The notes: generated by a model from the letters alone, not told the origin. Positions 1 to 13,411 are shown, counted from the first letter of the stretch. The stretch: 64,000 nucleotides of DNA from the human T2T-CHM13v2.0 reference genome, Homo sapiens (GCF_009914755.1 NC_060930.1), one strand, 5' to 3'. Made by a program: numbers and translations.

Positions 1-570
1 GATCTCTGCCAGGAAGCAAATGGGGTGTGTAGGGAGAAGAACCTGAGTTGGCAAACAAAAGTGATGAGCTAATCATCTTGAGTAGAGGCCAGTAGGAGAT
101 GCACAGAAACCAAGAGAGAGTGGTAACAGAATACAACAGTCTGTGCTCGGGGCAGTATGCAGGGTGCTACAGGAGAATGTATGAGAAAACCTGAATCCAA
201 AGTTGCAATGGTCAGGAAAGACTTTTCTGGAGGAAATGACAGCTTAGTTATCACCTAAGGGATTAGTGGAAACCAGACAGGAATTAGTCATGAGCAGCAT
301 ACCCTTCTTCTGTATCTATAAGAGCACAAAACTTAGCCATGATGGTGTTTCAGGACTATTTTAAGGAAAGTTTTAGGACAAATGTTGGCTTCAATACCTA
401 ATCAGTGTGCTTGATGTGTTAGAAAAAAAAAAAAGAAGTGAAATGAAAAGAAAAGAAAATTTAAAAAAAGAAAAGAAAAAAACACCTAATCAGAGGTAAG
501 CACCATTATCTGTATGTATAACAACTAATGTTCAAAATGATTGTTGTTTTTCAAGAAAAAGTTATATAAC

Positions 571-857
571 TTTTTTTTTTGAGATGGAGTCTCACTCTGT
601 CGCCCATGCTGGAGCGCAATGGCACAATCTCGGCTCACTGCAACCTCCACCTCCTGGGATCAAGTCGTTCTCCTGCCTCAGCCTCTGAAGTAGCTGGGAT
701 TACAGGCACCCGCCACCATGCCCAGCTAAGTTTTTGTATTTTTAGTAGAGGGTTTCACCATGTTGGCCAGGCTGGTCTTGAACTCCTGACCTCGTGATCC
801 ACCTGCCTCACCCTCCCAAAGTGCTGGGATTACAGGCCTGAGCCATCATGCCTGGCC
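571..857 (-). mobile_element. AluS
   Basis: Full dimeric Alu, T-tail, TSD TATATAACTTT. Confidence 0.95.
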
Positions 858-2226
858 TATATAACTTTAAAAATGCTGTATATTACAGTATGAAACACTC
901 TCTTTTAATCTTTGTAAGATTCTAAGATTCAAAGGACTTGTGATCATGTAGTTCTTACTTCTGTGAAAAGCAATCATTACTTACTTGATGCCTGTAATGA
1001 GAAGTGTTTATTAGAACAAAAACTAGGATGACTTTAATTATTTCAAGAAGCACAGGTAAGAGACTTTACCCTCTGATGTTAATGCAAAGCATATACCTGG
1101 AATCGACATTCTGCCATATCTTTACTTGCATCCTTTAAAGCTGTTTCTTAAGTTTTGATTGAATTAATTAATTTAGAAAAGAGCTTACACTAACAAGGGT
1201 TTTTTTCTTCTAATGAATCAGGAGTGAGTTTGCATGTTTTGCTCTCCACTGCCATTTTTATATGTTTTGTTTCTCTTTAAATAATACTCGTATCTTAATT
1301 ATTTAAAAATGATACCACATCCTAAGAGTACATGATGTAAATCATTCTTAGTTCCTAATACTTACTCTCCACTCTCCAAAGACATAGACATCATATTAGG
1401 AGACTGATATTCTTTTTTCATATTACTTGGATAATTCATTGCCCCATATATTCATGGAGAATAATTGCAAGGCAAACCAACAGATATTTCAGGTAACCCA
1501 GAAAAAGGATATGGTAAGCACATTTGCAAAGAAATACTTGATGAACTAGAATTCATACACTGTACAATGAAAATAAAGATTTTTATGATCGATTTTGACT
1601 TAAAATTTTTCTTTTTTTTCTTGTTAAAAACAAAACAACATCTAAGCTCAAGAAATATAATACTTAACAATTGACATAGAAAAGTCAGACAAGTTCTTTA
1701 TTTATAGAGCTTTCTAAATACCTTATCACAAGTTACCACAAGATAAATGTGTATGAAAAATTAGAGCCACCTACCTGTTTTGGTTTTTGTAAAAATCAAA
1801 TGTGAGACATATACTTTATTCACTCTATTAAAATACATCAGTGATGCTAACTTTGATCATATTTGGACTTTTAAACAAACTATTTTATCCTTAAAAAAAG
1901 AAAACATAAATGCAAGCAAAATGATTTCTTATGACACTTTTTAAAAATGAAAAATGCTTTTGTCAAGATAGACTTATACTTAAGAAATAAAGAAAAAGCA
2001 GGATCTATCGACCAGGATGAAAGATGTTCTTTTTTTTATCATAATAACATGAAGGGCAAATTACCACCAGCTTATGGGCAAGAAGTAAATAAAAACAAAG
2101 TACTATGATACAAAAAATTCTCATAATGTTCAGTTGATCCAGAAGATAATAGTCTAAGGCTATTAGCTATGCTAGTCTCTTATTTTTAATATTAAAATAT
2201 TTTTTATTAAATTTTTTGCATGTTAA

Positions 2227-2550
<324 letters not shown>

Positions 2551-2854
2551 TGAGCCATTCACCTGATATGGGTGACATTTTTTCTTTTTTCACTGAAATG
2601 AAAATTGGCAGACTTTTGCTGCTTCTTTATTACCCAATGTTAACTAATGTTTTCCAGTCTAGAATTTTAACTTAACTAATATTTTAAACTTGTATATTAA
2701 AATAAAACACTTGGCATACATAAGAGTTTATAGAGTATAACCTCTACATCTGAAGAATTAGGGATACTTCTGAAGGTGAGGAAATCACTTTGCATCATGC
2801 TATGAATTTGTTAAACTGTTTTTATTTTGTGACTAGCAGCCTTGTTTTATTTAA

Positions 2855-3668
2855 AAAATAAATTTTATTGTATAAATTTAAGATACGTGATCAGACACAT
2901 ATATAGTAAAAATATTATTATAGTGGAACAAATTAAGATCATCATCTTACAATTATTCATTTTTCCCTGCCTGTGGCAAGAGCAGTTATAATCTACTCAT
3001 TTAGCAAAAATTCTGAATATAATACAACATTATTAACTATAGTCCTTATGTTATACATTGCATCTTTCAACTTGTTCATCCTGTTGTGTTTGCTGCTTTG
3101 TATCCTTTGACCTACATCTCCCTATTTTCTCCCACTTCTGCCAGAATCACTGTTTTATCCTTTATGTATTATATTTGCCAACCCTCCCCCCACCTTTTTA
3201 AAAAAGATTCCAGATTTAAGTGAGATGATGCAATATTTTTCTTTCTGTGTCTGGCTTATTTTACATAGCCTAATATCCTTCAGGCCCATCCATGACGGGA
3301 TCTTCTCCTTCTTAAAGACTGAATAATAGTCTGTTGTATGTATTCACCACATTTACTCTATCCATTTGTCTGTCCATAGACACTTAAGTTGTTTCCATTT
3401 CTTGGCTATTGTGAATAATGCTGCAATGAACATGGAAGTGCAGAGATCTTTTATGAAGTGGTGATTTCATCTTTTTGGGGTATATGCCCAGAAGGTAGAT
3501 TGCTGGGTCATATGGTAGTTCTATTTTTAATTTCTGTGGGCACCTCCATACTGTTTTCCATAGTGGTTTGTACCAATCTACATTCCTTCCAACAGTGCAC
3601 AAGGGTTCTCTTTCCACCACGCTTTCATCAATGCTTGTTATCTTTTGTCTTTTTGATAACAGCTATGT
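2855..3668 (-). mobile_element. L1MA-type 3' end fragment
   Basis: Antisense L1 3'UTR and ORF2 C-terminus (ORF 3384-3620 includes [11 protein letters not shown]). Confidence 0.85.
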
Positions 3669-3989
3669 AGGATATTCTGAAAATATATTTAAAATATTCT
3701 TATTTTTCCTAGTCAGTATTTCCTGACTTTTCTCCTCTAGGTTGCATGTATTGCTTTAGTAATAAACAAAAGCATTAATGAAAACTTCGTTTTGAAAAAA
3801 TTGGATCTGGGATAGAATTTACCATTTTGTTGTGGGTTTATTTTCTGATATGGATTTATTTTACTATTTCACTTGTAATTTTAGTTTTTCTCAACTTAGG
3901 TAAGAAGACGAATGAGAAGGTGAGAGACAGCTAGTGCGTGCTCATGGGATATGACATTTGAAGGGAAAAGGATTTGATAGAATCTCAGG

Positions 3990-5520
3990 CATTTGATAAA
4001 GAGTTATTTGGCACTTGCAGTAAGCTAAGCACTGTTCTGGTTTGGTGCACACTGTGATGAATAAGAGAGTTTCTCAGCCTTGTGGGGATTGGGGAGATAG
4101 GAACTAACTAAATATTTTCAAAATAAAAACAGGATTTCAGGTTTGATAGGCTTGATAATAAGCATGCAGCATAAAGTAAAAAGGAGTGATGAGGTCAAAT
4201 GGGGCCTATTTTATATAATATGGTCAGGGAAACCATTTGAAAGAGGTGATATTTGAACAGAGACTTGAATGCTGTGGCAGAGCAGAAGTTTGTGAAGAGC
4301 TGGGGAATGAGATTTTTTAAAATTATCCTGCTGTTGGACAGAAAGTACAGCAAGAGATGATGTGGCTTGGATGAGTGTGGTGCCAGTGGAGATGAGAAGG
4401 GCTTGGATTTGAATTCTGTCTTGAAGGTAGCCTTGGAGGTAGATTGTGCAAATGAAAAGAAGAGAGCAATCGGGTAACTGCTTGTTTCATTTTGTTTTGG
4501 TTTGGTTGGGTCTGGGTTGAGTACTGGGCATATGTTGGTACCATTTATCTGAGATGAGAAAGAACAGAAGAGGAGTTTTTCTGTTTGTTTTGTTTGGGGT
4601 GGGATGGGTGTGGGAATGAGAAGTCAAGAAGAATTTGTTGGTTTGTATACTTGATTTGAGGCATTTACTAGATACCTGAGTTGATATGTTATATGTATGA
4701 GGCTGGAGTTTGGCATATAAATTTGGGAATCATGTGCTGTAGATGGTGTGTAAATCCATGGGACTGCAGAAGATCACCCAGAGAATGTGGGAAGGCAGAG
4801 AAGAGAGGACCAAGGACTAAGAATGTGCTCAGGAGGTTGAGGAGCACTGATCAGTAGAGGTGGAGGAAGTCGGGGGAAGTGTTTTAGTGAAGCATGTTTC
4901 CAGAAGGAGGAGTGATCAGCTGTGTAAGTGTTGCTGAGAAATTGAGTTAGATGAAGACTGAAGATTGACTTACTGGATTTGTCAATAGGGAACTGGTGGT
5001 TGTTCTGATGAGCAGTTTCAGTGGAGAGGTGGACACACAAGACTGATTTGAGTGGGTTTTAAACAGAATGAGAGCCAAGGAAGTGAGATAAAGTACTTAT
5101 TGCATTTTAGGGGAGGTTTGCTATAAAGGGAAGCAGAAATGGAGCTAGAGCTTGGCAGGGGTTGGGAAGATGTAGAATCAAGGGAGAGTTTTTATTTTGT
5201 ATTTTTAATACAAAATACATGCGTATATTTATGCTATTGAGTCTGATCCATTATAGAGGAAAAAAGCTTTGTAGAAGGGAAAAGGATAATTTACAGGACC
5301 AAAGTATGACAGAAAGGCTAGGATCTAGCACACAAGCAGAAGCATCAGGCTTACTGGGGAGTGAGGACAGCTGATCTATTGTAACAGGTGGGAAAACTAA
5401 TATGTTGATACAGAACAGGTAGTTTGATAGATATGATGGTGTAATGAAACAGCGGTTCCTTCTTCTTGTTTCTGTTTTCTCAGTGAAGTCAGAAGGCAGG
5501 TAATTTGCTGAGACCCTTAA
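3990..5520 (-). mobile_element. L2 (degenerate)
   Basis: Purine-rich plus strand with L2 motifs such as ggtcagggaa...gaggtgatatttgaacagagacttgaa and gagaagaggaccaaggactaaga. Confidence 0.7.
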
Positions 5521-6849
5521 TGGGGAAGGCCTTATTAGAGCAATATAAAATATTTTATTTTAAAAATACTACTTTATAAATGTATTCTTCACTTAGCTGT
5601 TGCTTTTTGGTTGTTATTGTGGTTAGCAATATATGTCTGAATATGTTTTCTTTAAACAGGTAGAGTTGAGTTTCCCTGGGCCACATAGGGCATAAGTCAG
5701 GAGCCCTCACCACCTTTTTTGTATATGGGGAATTTGAAATCTAGAAACCTTGTGTTTTTTTGCCTTCTCCCTCTTCTGGTTCTCTAATTTTTCATCAGGC
5801 ACAGTAGAGAAGGAGAAAGGATGGTTTCATTTAGTTCAGTGTGCTCATTCAGCTGTTCTGCAGCCTCCAGGTCTTGAGAGTTGTTGAGCATAATCCCTTG
5901 CACAGTGAACTGTCCCAGGCTTGTGAAATCCTAGTGGCCACTCTAACACAGATGACTGAGTTGAGATGTTCTTTTTGTTCAGGTTTTAAAGTGAAGTGCC
6001 ACCCTTTAGCAGGTAGAGATTATATACATCATTCTGTTTTCTTTGAGGACTCCAAGTGCCCCTCTTAGCTGTAAGTAGTAGAGACCAACGTTAATTCATC
6101 TCTCAATCTTGTATTCCATTTTCCAGTTCATTTCCCTGAACCATATTTTCCTCATTTGTGGAGTAATACTTCCCACTCATGGGTTCTTCATCAGGCAGCT
6201 TATGATGCATGTGAAAATTGTTCTGGAAAAGCCTAAACAGTACAAAAAGAGAAATCCTATTGTCATGGTGATAATTTTGTTATTCTCTAGAAGACATTGA
6301 CAGTTCCCTAGGACCACCCCTTAAACTCTTGTTTTTCATCTTACAGAGGCATCCATTTCTTGTTTTATTTCTTCTGTTAGGGGCTTAGTGTAGTGACTTG
6401 AGTACTGTTTAGGGTTTTGATATATGGAGTTCAAATTTGCATACTACAAACTGGGGGTGAAAGAAAAGAAGCTGAATATATTGCCTGTTTTCAAATAGTT
6501 TATTATTCTTCTAACTTTTTAAAACCACAAGCTTCCCTCTTATCACATTTTTACAAATGGATATATGAAAGCTGGTAGAAAAAGCTTGAATTTAAGATGA
6601 TAAAATGAACCTTGTTCTTATGTTTTTCTTTGCTAATTTTCAATTCTGCTGGAGATTAGCATCTTCTATTAGCAAGGTGTAAAAATTGAGTGCAGATTGC
6701 AGCTTTTGGGAGAGTGTTCAAAAATATTTTTACTTTTTTTATAATTAAAAAAAACTTCTTACTATTTGGAAAAGAAAAAATGTCTAATGACGTCATCTAC
6801 TACTGTGGTATTTCTTCTTAATCCTACCTCTAGGGGCAAATATTTCCCA

Positions 6850-7040
6850 TCACAATAATAGATTTTTAGTCCTGGAAGAAACCTTAGGGTTCATCTTTTT
6901 AAACCATTTTCATGTAACTTGTGAGAAAATGAAGACTCAGAGAAGAAGATTTGTCTTTCTGTCAGTTCATGGCAGAGTCCGGGTTCAAGTTGAGGTCTCT
7001 GGACAGTCAGTGTGTAGGGTTTTCCTTCCTGAACCATCCT
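6850..7040 (-). mobile_element. MIR
   Basis: gagaaaatgaagactcagaga...ggcagagtccgggttcaa MIR core. Confidence 0.6.
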
Positions 7041-7544
7041 GCCTTTTAAAGTTTACAGTTGTGTTCTCAGAAAGAGAAGAGTGAAGTTACCCAGCCACAG
7101 TAGAGGAGGAGGATGGGCAGATGAGTTCTGTGTACACTTTGTGCATTTAATTTGCCTCAGTCTTCTCAATGGTTTTAACTCATTACCACAAAATATAGAA
7201 AACAAACAGGTTCTTTGAGTTGTGCTCTCTTTGAAAGCTCTTTAATAGTAATTCTGAATTATTTGGTCTTTTTAGTGTCATCCTAGTTACTTCTGATAAG
7301 GATGGTCAGAGGACCAAATACAGTTTTGTTTCTACTAATACGAGTGTACATAGGAATTTTTCCAGCTAACTGTGACATAGTATTTATATGCCATGGGTTA
7401 AAACCACTTTCATGTGGGTTCTGAGATACATAGGAAGGTTGAAAAGACTTTAGAGACAGCTACCATGGTTTTATTTCTCTTCTTCTTTTTGAGGGCTGGG
7501 AAATCTCAGGTTATTTAATTTTAGAGTATTTTTAATTAAAATAT

Positions 7545-7985
7545 TTTATGTTTAACCTCTATTGTAAAATACAATAAAAAATTTAAAAACCACACAGAAA
7601 TGTATAGTTTAGCGAATTAAGTAAGATACCCTGTAGCTCTTACCACTAGCTCAAGAAATGAAACATTGCCAGCCACTCTGGAAAACCCTTTTATGTTCCC
7701 CATGAAACTCACAGATCTCTCTCTACCTCAACAAGTAACCACTCTCCTGACTTTTATAATGCCCACTTCTTTATGTTTCCTTATGGCTTTTTCCCCTGCT
7801 TGTGCTTAGATAATAAAGTTAAATCTTGCTCATTTTAAAAAGCCTGGTACGTATTTTAAATCTTTCTTAATCTACAGGCTCCCCTCCATTTCTTTCTATT
7901 CCTTACAGTTTACCTGTTGAAGAACCTGGGCCTTTTGACCTGTAGCCTTTCCGTAGTCTGGATTTTGGTGATTGCATATTCAAAG
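7545..7985 (-). mobile_element. Old L1M (L1MC/L1ME) 3' fragments
   Basis: aacattgccagcc...gtaaccactctcctgactttt and gttgaagaacctggg...tagtctggattttg motifs. Confidence 0.55.
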
Positions 7986-8454
7986 GTGACAAGATCATGG
8001 TTCTCTGAGGATTGGCTTCCTCATGGGATTGGCTTCCTTATGGCATAGGGAAGTTACTGGTCTTCTTGATGTGGTTTTGGGCCCTGTGGTGGCTTTAAGT
8101 CATTTGGTGGCACTGTTCTGCTTTCCTGGTTGCAATGCTAATGGATACAGGCCCATATATAGGCATTTTTTGTTTGTCTACCTTTTTCTTTAAAAAAAAA
8201 TTTGCACAAATTTGTGGGGTGCATGAGAAATTTAGTTACATGTGTGTAATGCATAGTAAACAAGTCAGAGTGTTTAGGGTGTCCACCACCCACGTACAGC
8301 ACATGTTTGTTAACTGTAGCCTTCCTACTCTGCTATCAAATATTGAATTTATTCCTTCTGTGTTCTTACCCTTTAAGCCACCTTTCTTCATCATTCCTTC
8401 TCCCCAGTCACCCTTCCCAGCCTCTGTTATCTGTCTTTCTTTACTCTCTACTTC

Positions 8455-8716
8455 TTTTTTGTAGCCCAGGCTAGAGTGCAGTGGTGTGATCTCGGCTCAC
8501 GGCAACCTTTACCTCCTGGGCTCAAGCAATTCTCCTGCCTCAGCCTCCCTATGATTACAGGCATACGCCACCAGGCCTGGCTAATTTTTGTATTTTTAGT
8601 AGAGACAGGGTTTCACCATGTTGGCCAGGCTGGTCTCAAACTCCTGACCTCAAGTGATCTGCCCACCTCTGCCTCCCAAAGTGCTAGATTTCAGGCGTGA
8701 GCCCTCGCACTGGCCT
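8455..8716 (-). mobile_element. AluS with short deletions, nested in L1MA
   Basis: Alu body flanked by a TCTCTACTTC duplication. Confidence 0.9.
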
Positions 8717-8860
8717 CTATTCTCTACTTCTGTGTGATCACATTTTTTAACTCCCACATGTAAGTGAGGATATGTGATATTTGTCTTTTTGTGCCTGCCT
8801 TATTTCACTTGAGATAATGACCTCCAGTTCCATCCATATTGCTGCAAATGACATTATTTC

Positions 8861-9305
8861 TTTTTGTTCTTTTTATGTATTTATTTATTTTTATTATACT
8901 TTAAGTTCTAGGGTACATGTGCACAACGTGCAGGTTTGTTACATATGTATACGTGTGCCATGTTGGTATGCTGCACCCGTTAACTGGTCATTTACATTAG
9001 GTATATCTCCTAGTGCTATCCCACCCCCCTCCCCCTACCCCACAACAGGCCCCGGTGTGTGGTGTTCCCCACCCTGTGTCCAAGTGTTCTCATTGTTAAA
9101 TTCCCACCTATAAGTGAGAACATGTGGTGTTTGGTTTTCTGTCCTTGAGATAGTTTGCTAAGAATGATGGTTTGCAGCTTCATCCATGTCCCTACAAAGG
9201 ACATGAACTCATCCTTTTTTATGGCTGCATAGTATTCCATGGCTTTTATGTGCCACATTTTTTAAATCCAGTCTATCATTGATGGACATTTGGGTTGGTT
9301 CCAAG
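8861..9305 (-). mobile_element. 5'-truncated L1PA 3' end
   Basis: ttattatactttaagttctagggtacatgtgcacaacgtgcagg terminus; perfect 17-bp TSD GCAAATGACATTATTTC (8844-8860 / 9306-9322). Confidence 0.92.
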
Positions 9306-9502
9306 GCAAATGACATTATTTCATTCTTTTTATGGCCAAATAGTATTCCGTTAGGTATATATACCACATTTTCTTTATCCATTGATGGACACTTAGGTTG
9401 ATTCTATGTCTTTGCTATTGTAATTAGTGCTACAATAAATATGTAAGTGCAGGTAGCCCTTTAATATGTTGATTTCTTTTCCTTTGGGTAGATACCCAGT
9501 AG

Positions 9503-9948
<446 letters not shown>

Positions 9949-10180
9949 GATTTTGTTATTTTATGTAGAACTACTTTTATATTGAGAGCCATACTTGTGG
10001 CCTCAACTTACTTGCAGGTTACTCTGGAAGCCAACTCCTGTGAAGGCAGGGGACTCAAATTATCATTTTTCCATCTTTAATTATGAAGGTCAGCTTTCAT
10101 TTGCTGTGAAAACAACACGGATAATTTGGGACCATAATACGTTCTGAAATAGTTCAAGACAAGCATGTTAAAAATGAGGG

Positions 10181-11601
10181 TTTTTTTTTTTCCCCACTGA
10201 ACCTTCCCTCAAGATTTTATTGTCTTCATAATAAAAGATGATGCTTAGAACTAGTTAATTTGGCTCTTTCTCTTCTTTTCTCCTCCCGGTTCAAAATGCT
10301 TGCTTCTCTTAATAGGCAGCATTCTCTTAGATTTGCAACTGGGCTCAAAGCACTGAAGCCTCATCACAGTCTTCTTTTTGGCAGTAGCCTTTTTACAGAA
10401 TTCCAGAAAATGGGTTTAGTATGCCCACCATAGCCACTCTGCTTCCTGTCATAATGCTGCTTACCCTGGGCACACATAGAATCCTTGTAGTAGAGGCAGG
10501 AGGCAGAGAAATTGTAGACAGACAGGGGCCGGACCCTGGTGAAACCTCACCATCAAAAACAAAACCAAAAAAACAGCCTGAAACCCGCAGCCCAAAGTGA
10601 GAACTTCTGTTCCTGTTTGCCCACTCTCTTCTGGTTGGTTCTTTCTGATTAATGCCTTTTTACCAATTGAATGTTGCCTTTTCCAAAACTACCTATGGGC
10701 TGCCCTGCCCCCATCCTGTGCCTATAAAGACCCCAGACTCAGTTGGGAGAGAGAGGAGAGAGAGACAGACAGCCAGACAGCCAGCCTGACATCGGGGTAG
10801 AGACAACCTGACTTTGGGGAAGATGACCTGCGCTTCCCATCCCCTCTCCACCTCCACTTTCTGCTGAGAGCTGTTTTCATTGCTCAATAAAATTTTCCAT
10901 CTTCACCATCCTTCAGCTATCCATGTGACCTCATTCTTCTTGGATGCTGGACAAGAGCTTGGGACCCATCAACTGCAGGTACCCAGAAAGGCTGCCACAC
11001 AAGCCCTTTGCCCTTTCCAGTGGAGGGCAGCTGCCCCATGTGATGAGGCAAGGGGCCAACTGAGCTGTTAACCCACCACTGTCCGTGGACAGTGGAACTA
11101 AAGGAGCACTGTAACACCCACTCTGGGGCTTCAGGGTCGTGGGCACCCTCACCTGGATGCCACCTCAAGGGCCAGCTGAGCTGCTAACACACGCTGTCTG
11201 CGGATGGCAGAACTAAAGAAGCACTGTATCACCCCCTCTGGGGCTTTGGGGTCATGGGCATCCTCACCTGGGTGCAGCTGTGTTCCCCTTGAGGCGACAT
11301 GCCTGGTCTGGCTGTGGGCCCTGCGCGGAGCTTGCTCCTGTGTCGGCATCTGGAGCAACTGGCCAGGTCCTGCACTTGCTCGCTCATGTGTTCCCTCCAC
11401 AAGGGGTTGAGTGTGGCAGGCCGAGTAGAGGGGGCACCCCTGCTGGGAGTCCGGCAAAGGGGCCGACAAAAATCCTGCATTACTTGCTCTTCTTGCACTG
11501 TGTCATTTTGTAGGGTTGGTGCTTGCCACACGCGTTACAGAAAGTTTGATGGTTTTTAGGAATGTTCACCATGTTTATAGGAGTGCTATTGGAACAGAAA
11601 G
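10181..11601 (-). pseudogene. Processed RPL36A (eL42) pseudogene, full length with UTRs and poly(A), interrupted by an LTR at 10488-11482
   Basis: Minus strand from ATG at 11572 reads [30 protein letters not shown]. After the LTR it reads [26 protein letters not shown], then [21 protein letters not shown]. Intronless, AATAAA at 10221-10216, A-tail 10181-10191, flanking duplication AAAAATGAG (10170-10178 / 11602-11610). Carries an ~8-bp frameshifting insertion and a premature TAG. Confidence 0.93.
10488..11482 (+). mobile_element. ERV1-class solo LTR (LTR1/LTR27/LTR28-like)
   Basis: 4-bp TSD CTTG (10484-10487 / 11483-11486); CCAAT 10663, TATAAA 10723, AATAAA 10886; internal ~117-bp tandem duplication; GC-rich relative to flanks. 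Confidence 0.85.
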
Positions 11602-11849
11602 AAAAATGAGTTTTTTTAAGTGTCCTAAAATACTGTTAGTCTCTGCCTCTTGCCCCTTTAGTGGAACTTTTTGATTATGCAGAATTACAACTTGCTGAAG
11701 CCCAGTTGAGGTAGCTTTGAAGGAAGTTCATTTCTTCTTTTGCCTCTGTTCAGAGGTTGGGGAATTTTGTGACTATGTAAATTTGCTAAGGAGACACCAT
11801 TCCAGATTCTTATCTTTCCCAGGACTCAAGTGGCTCTTGCTTTGCCACT

Positions 11850-12173
<324 letters not shown>

Positions 12174-12351
12174 TAACAAAGGGCATTTTTGTTACTCCCT
12201 GCAAGGGAGTAGCTTTTACATTAATACCTTTTCTTTTTGAAAATGGACTTTGATAAAAGATGTAAAAAGACTTTGTAAAATTTTGTTTGATAACCTTTTA
12301 TGAGGTTAAAACAAAGTTTAATTCTGATTACATGGCCAATTCTAAATTTGA

Positions 12352-12635
12352 GACCAGGTACAGTGGCTTATACCTGTAATCCCAGCACTTTGGGAGGCCA
12401 AGGAGGACAGATGGCTTGAGTTTAGGAGATCCAGAACAGTGTAGGCAACATGGTGAAACCTGTCTCTACTTAAAAAAGAAAAAAAAAGCTGAGAGTGGAG
12501 GTGCGTGCCTGTAGTCCCAGCTACTCAGGAGGCTGAGCCTGGGGGGCGGAGGTTGCAGTGAGCCAGGATCATGACCCTGCATTCCAGCCTGTCTGAAACA
12601 GTGAGACCCTGCCTCAAACAAACAAACAAACAAAT
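12352..12635 (+). mobile_element. AluJ
   Basis: Divergent dimer with (CAAA)n tail. Confidence 0.88.
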
Positions 12636-13411
12636 TCATTTGGCTGTGTCTTCCACCTGAAATCAGATTGGGATCTCATAGTACTACAGCTCTCATAGCA
12701 TTCAGGTAGATGGAGCTAGAAATAAGCCCAAGTATGCATTTTCCTTCAGGACTTTTTAACACTAAGCTAGAAAATATAAGTATCTCATAAACCTTATCCC
12801 TTTAATTAAATTTTTAGTAGGAACCAGAATGTAAATTTCTTCCTTCCCTACCCCAGAATGTAGATGCATGTCCTCATTTAATTTTAGTCATTCTTGGCGA
12901 ATGTGATAATTAGGGTAAAGTGCAATGAGATTTGCAAATTGGATGGTGAATTCACTAAATGTAACAGCTGATCAGGGCTTCTCTTCTCAGTGTCACTTTA
13001 TTAAGGTCTTCGGATATACTGATATATTCTGGAGTTTCCTCCCCACCCCCGCCTTTTTCTTTTCTCTCTTTCTCCCCTTGTTGAAAGATACTAACTTCTA
13101 CAGTGTTGGTGTGAGTAGAGTATCAGGATATTGATCTTAGGGGAGGTGAACTAATTATAGATTTGTTTTTTCATTTTATGAGAGGCTATTCTTCATAATA
13201 GGAATATAGAATATATGCCATATACTTGAGGTTACTTTTGTTAATCCCTTTAAGAATGGAGCACTTTACCTTGCTTAACAAGAAGGAAATAATTGATTCA
13301 GATGCTGCATGCTGTGCAAGGTGAGTTTTGAATGCAGTGAGGCGTATATGCAGTGGTCTGACTTCCGTAAGCCTCACTCATCTGACTTTCCTTTGGTTCT
13401 TAATGTTACAC

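Noticed and set aside
8009-8043. 17-bp direct repeat GGATTGGCTTCCT(C/T)ATG x2, and similar doublets near 24080 and 56020
   Set aside because: Simple tandem duplications with no spacers; not CRISPR-like and common in human DNA.
10597-11559. Cluster of overlapping GC-rich ORFs
   Set aside because: They lie in the LTR and pseudogene junction; stop-poor GC-rich sequence with no recognisable protein.
10245-11572. Functional RPL36A-like retrogene
   Set aside because: Disrupted by a 1-kb LTR, an ~8-bp frameshifting insertion and a premature stop.
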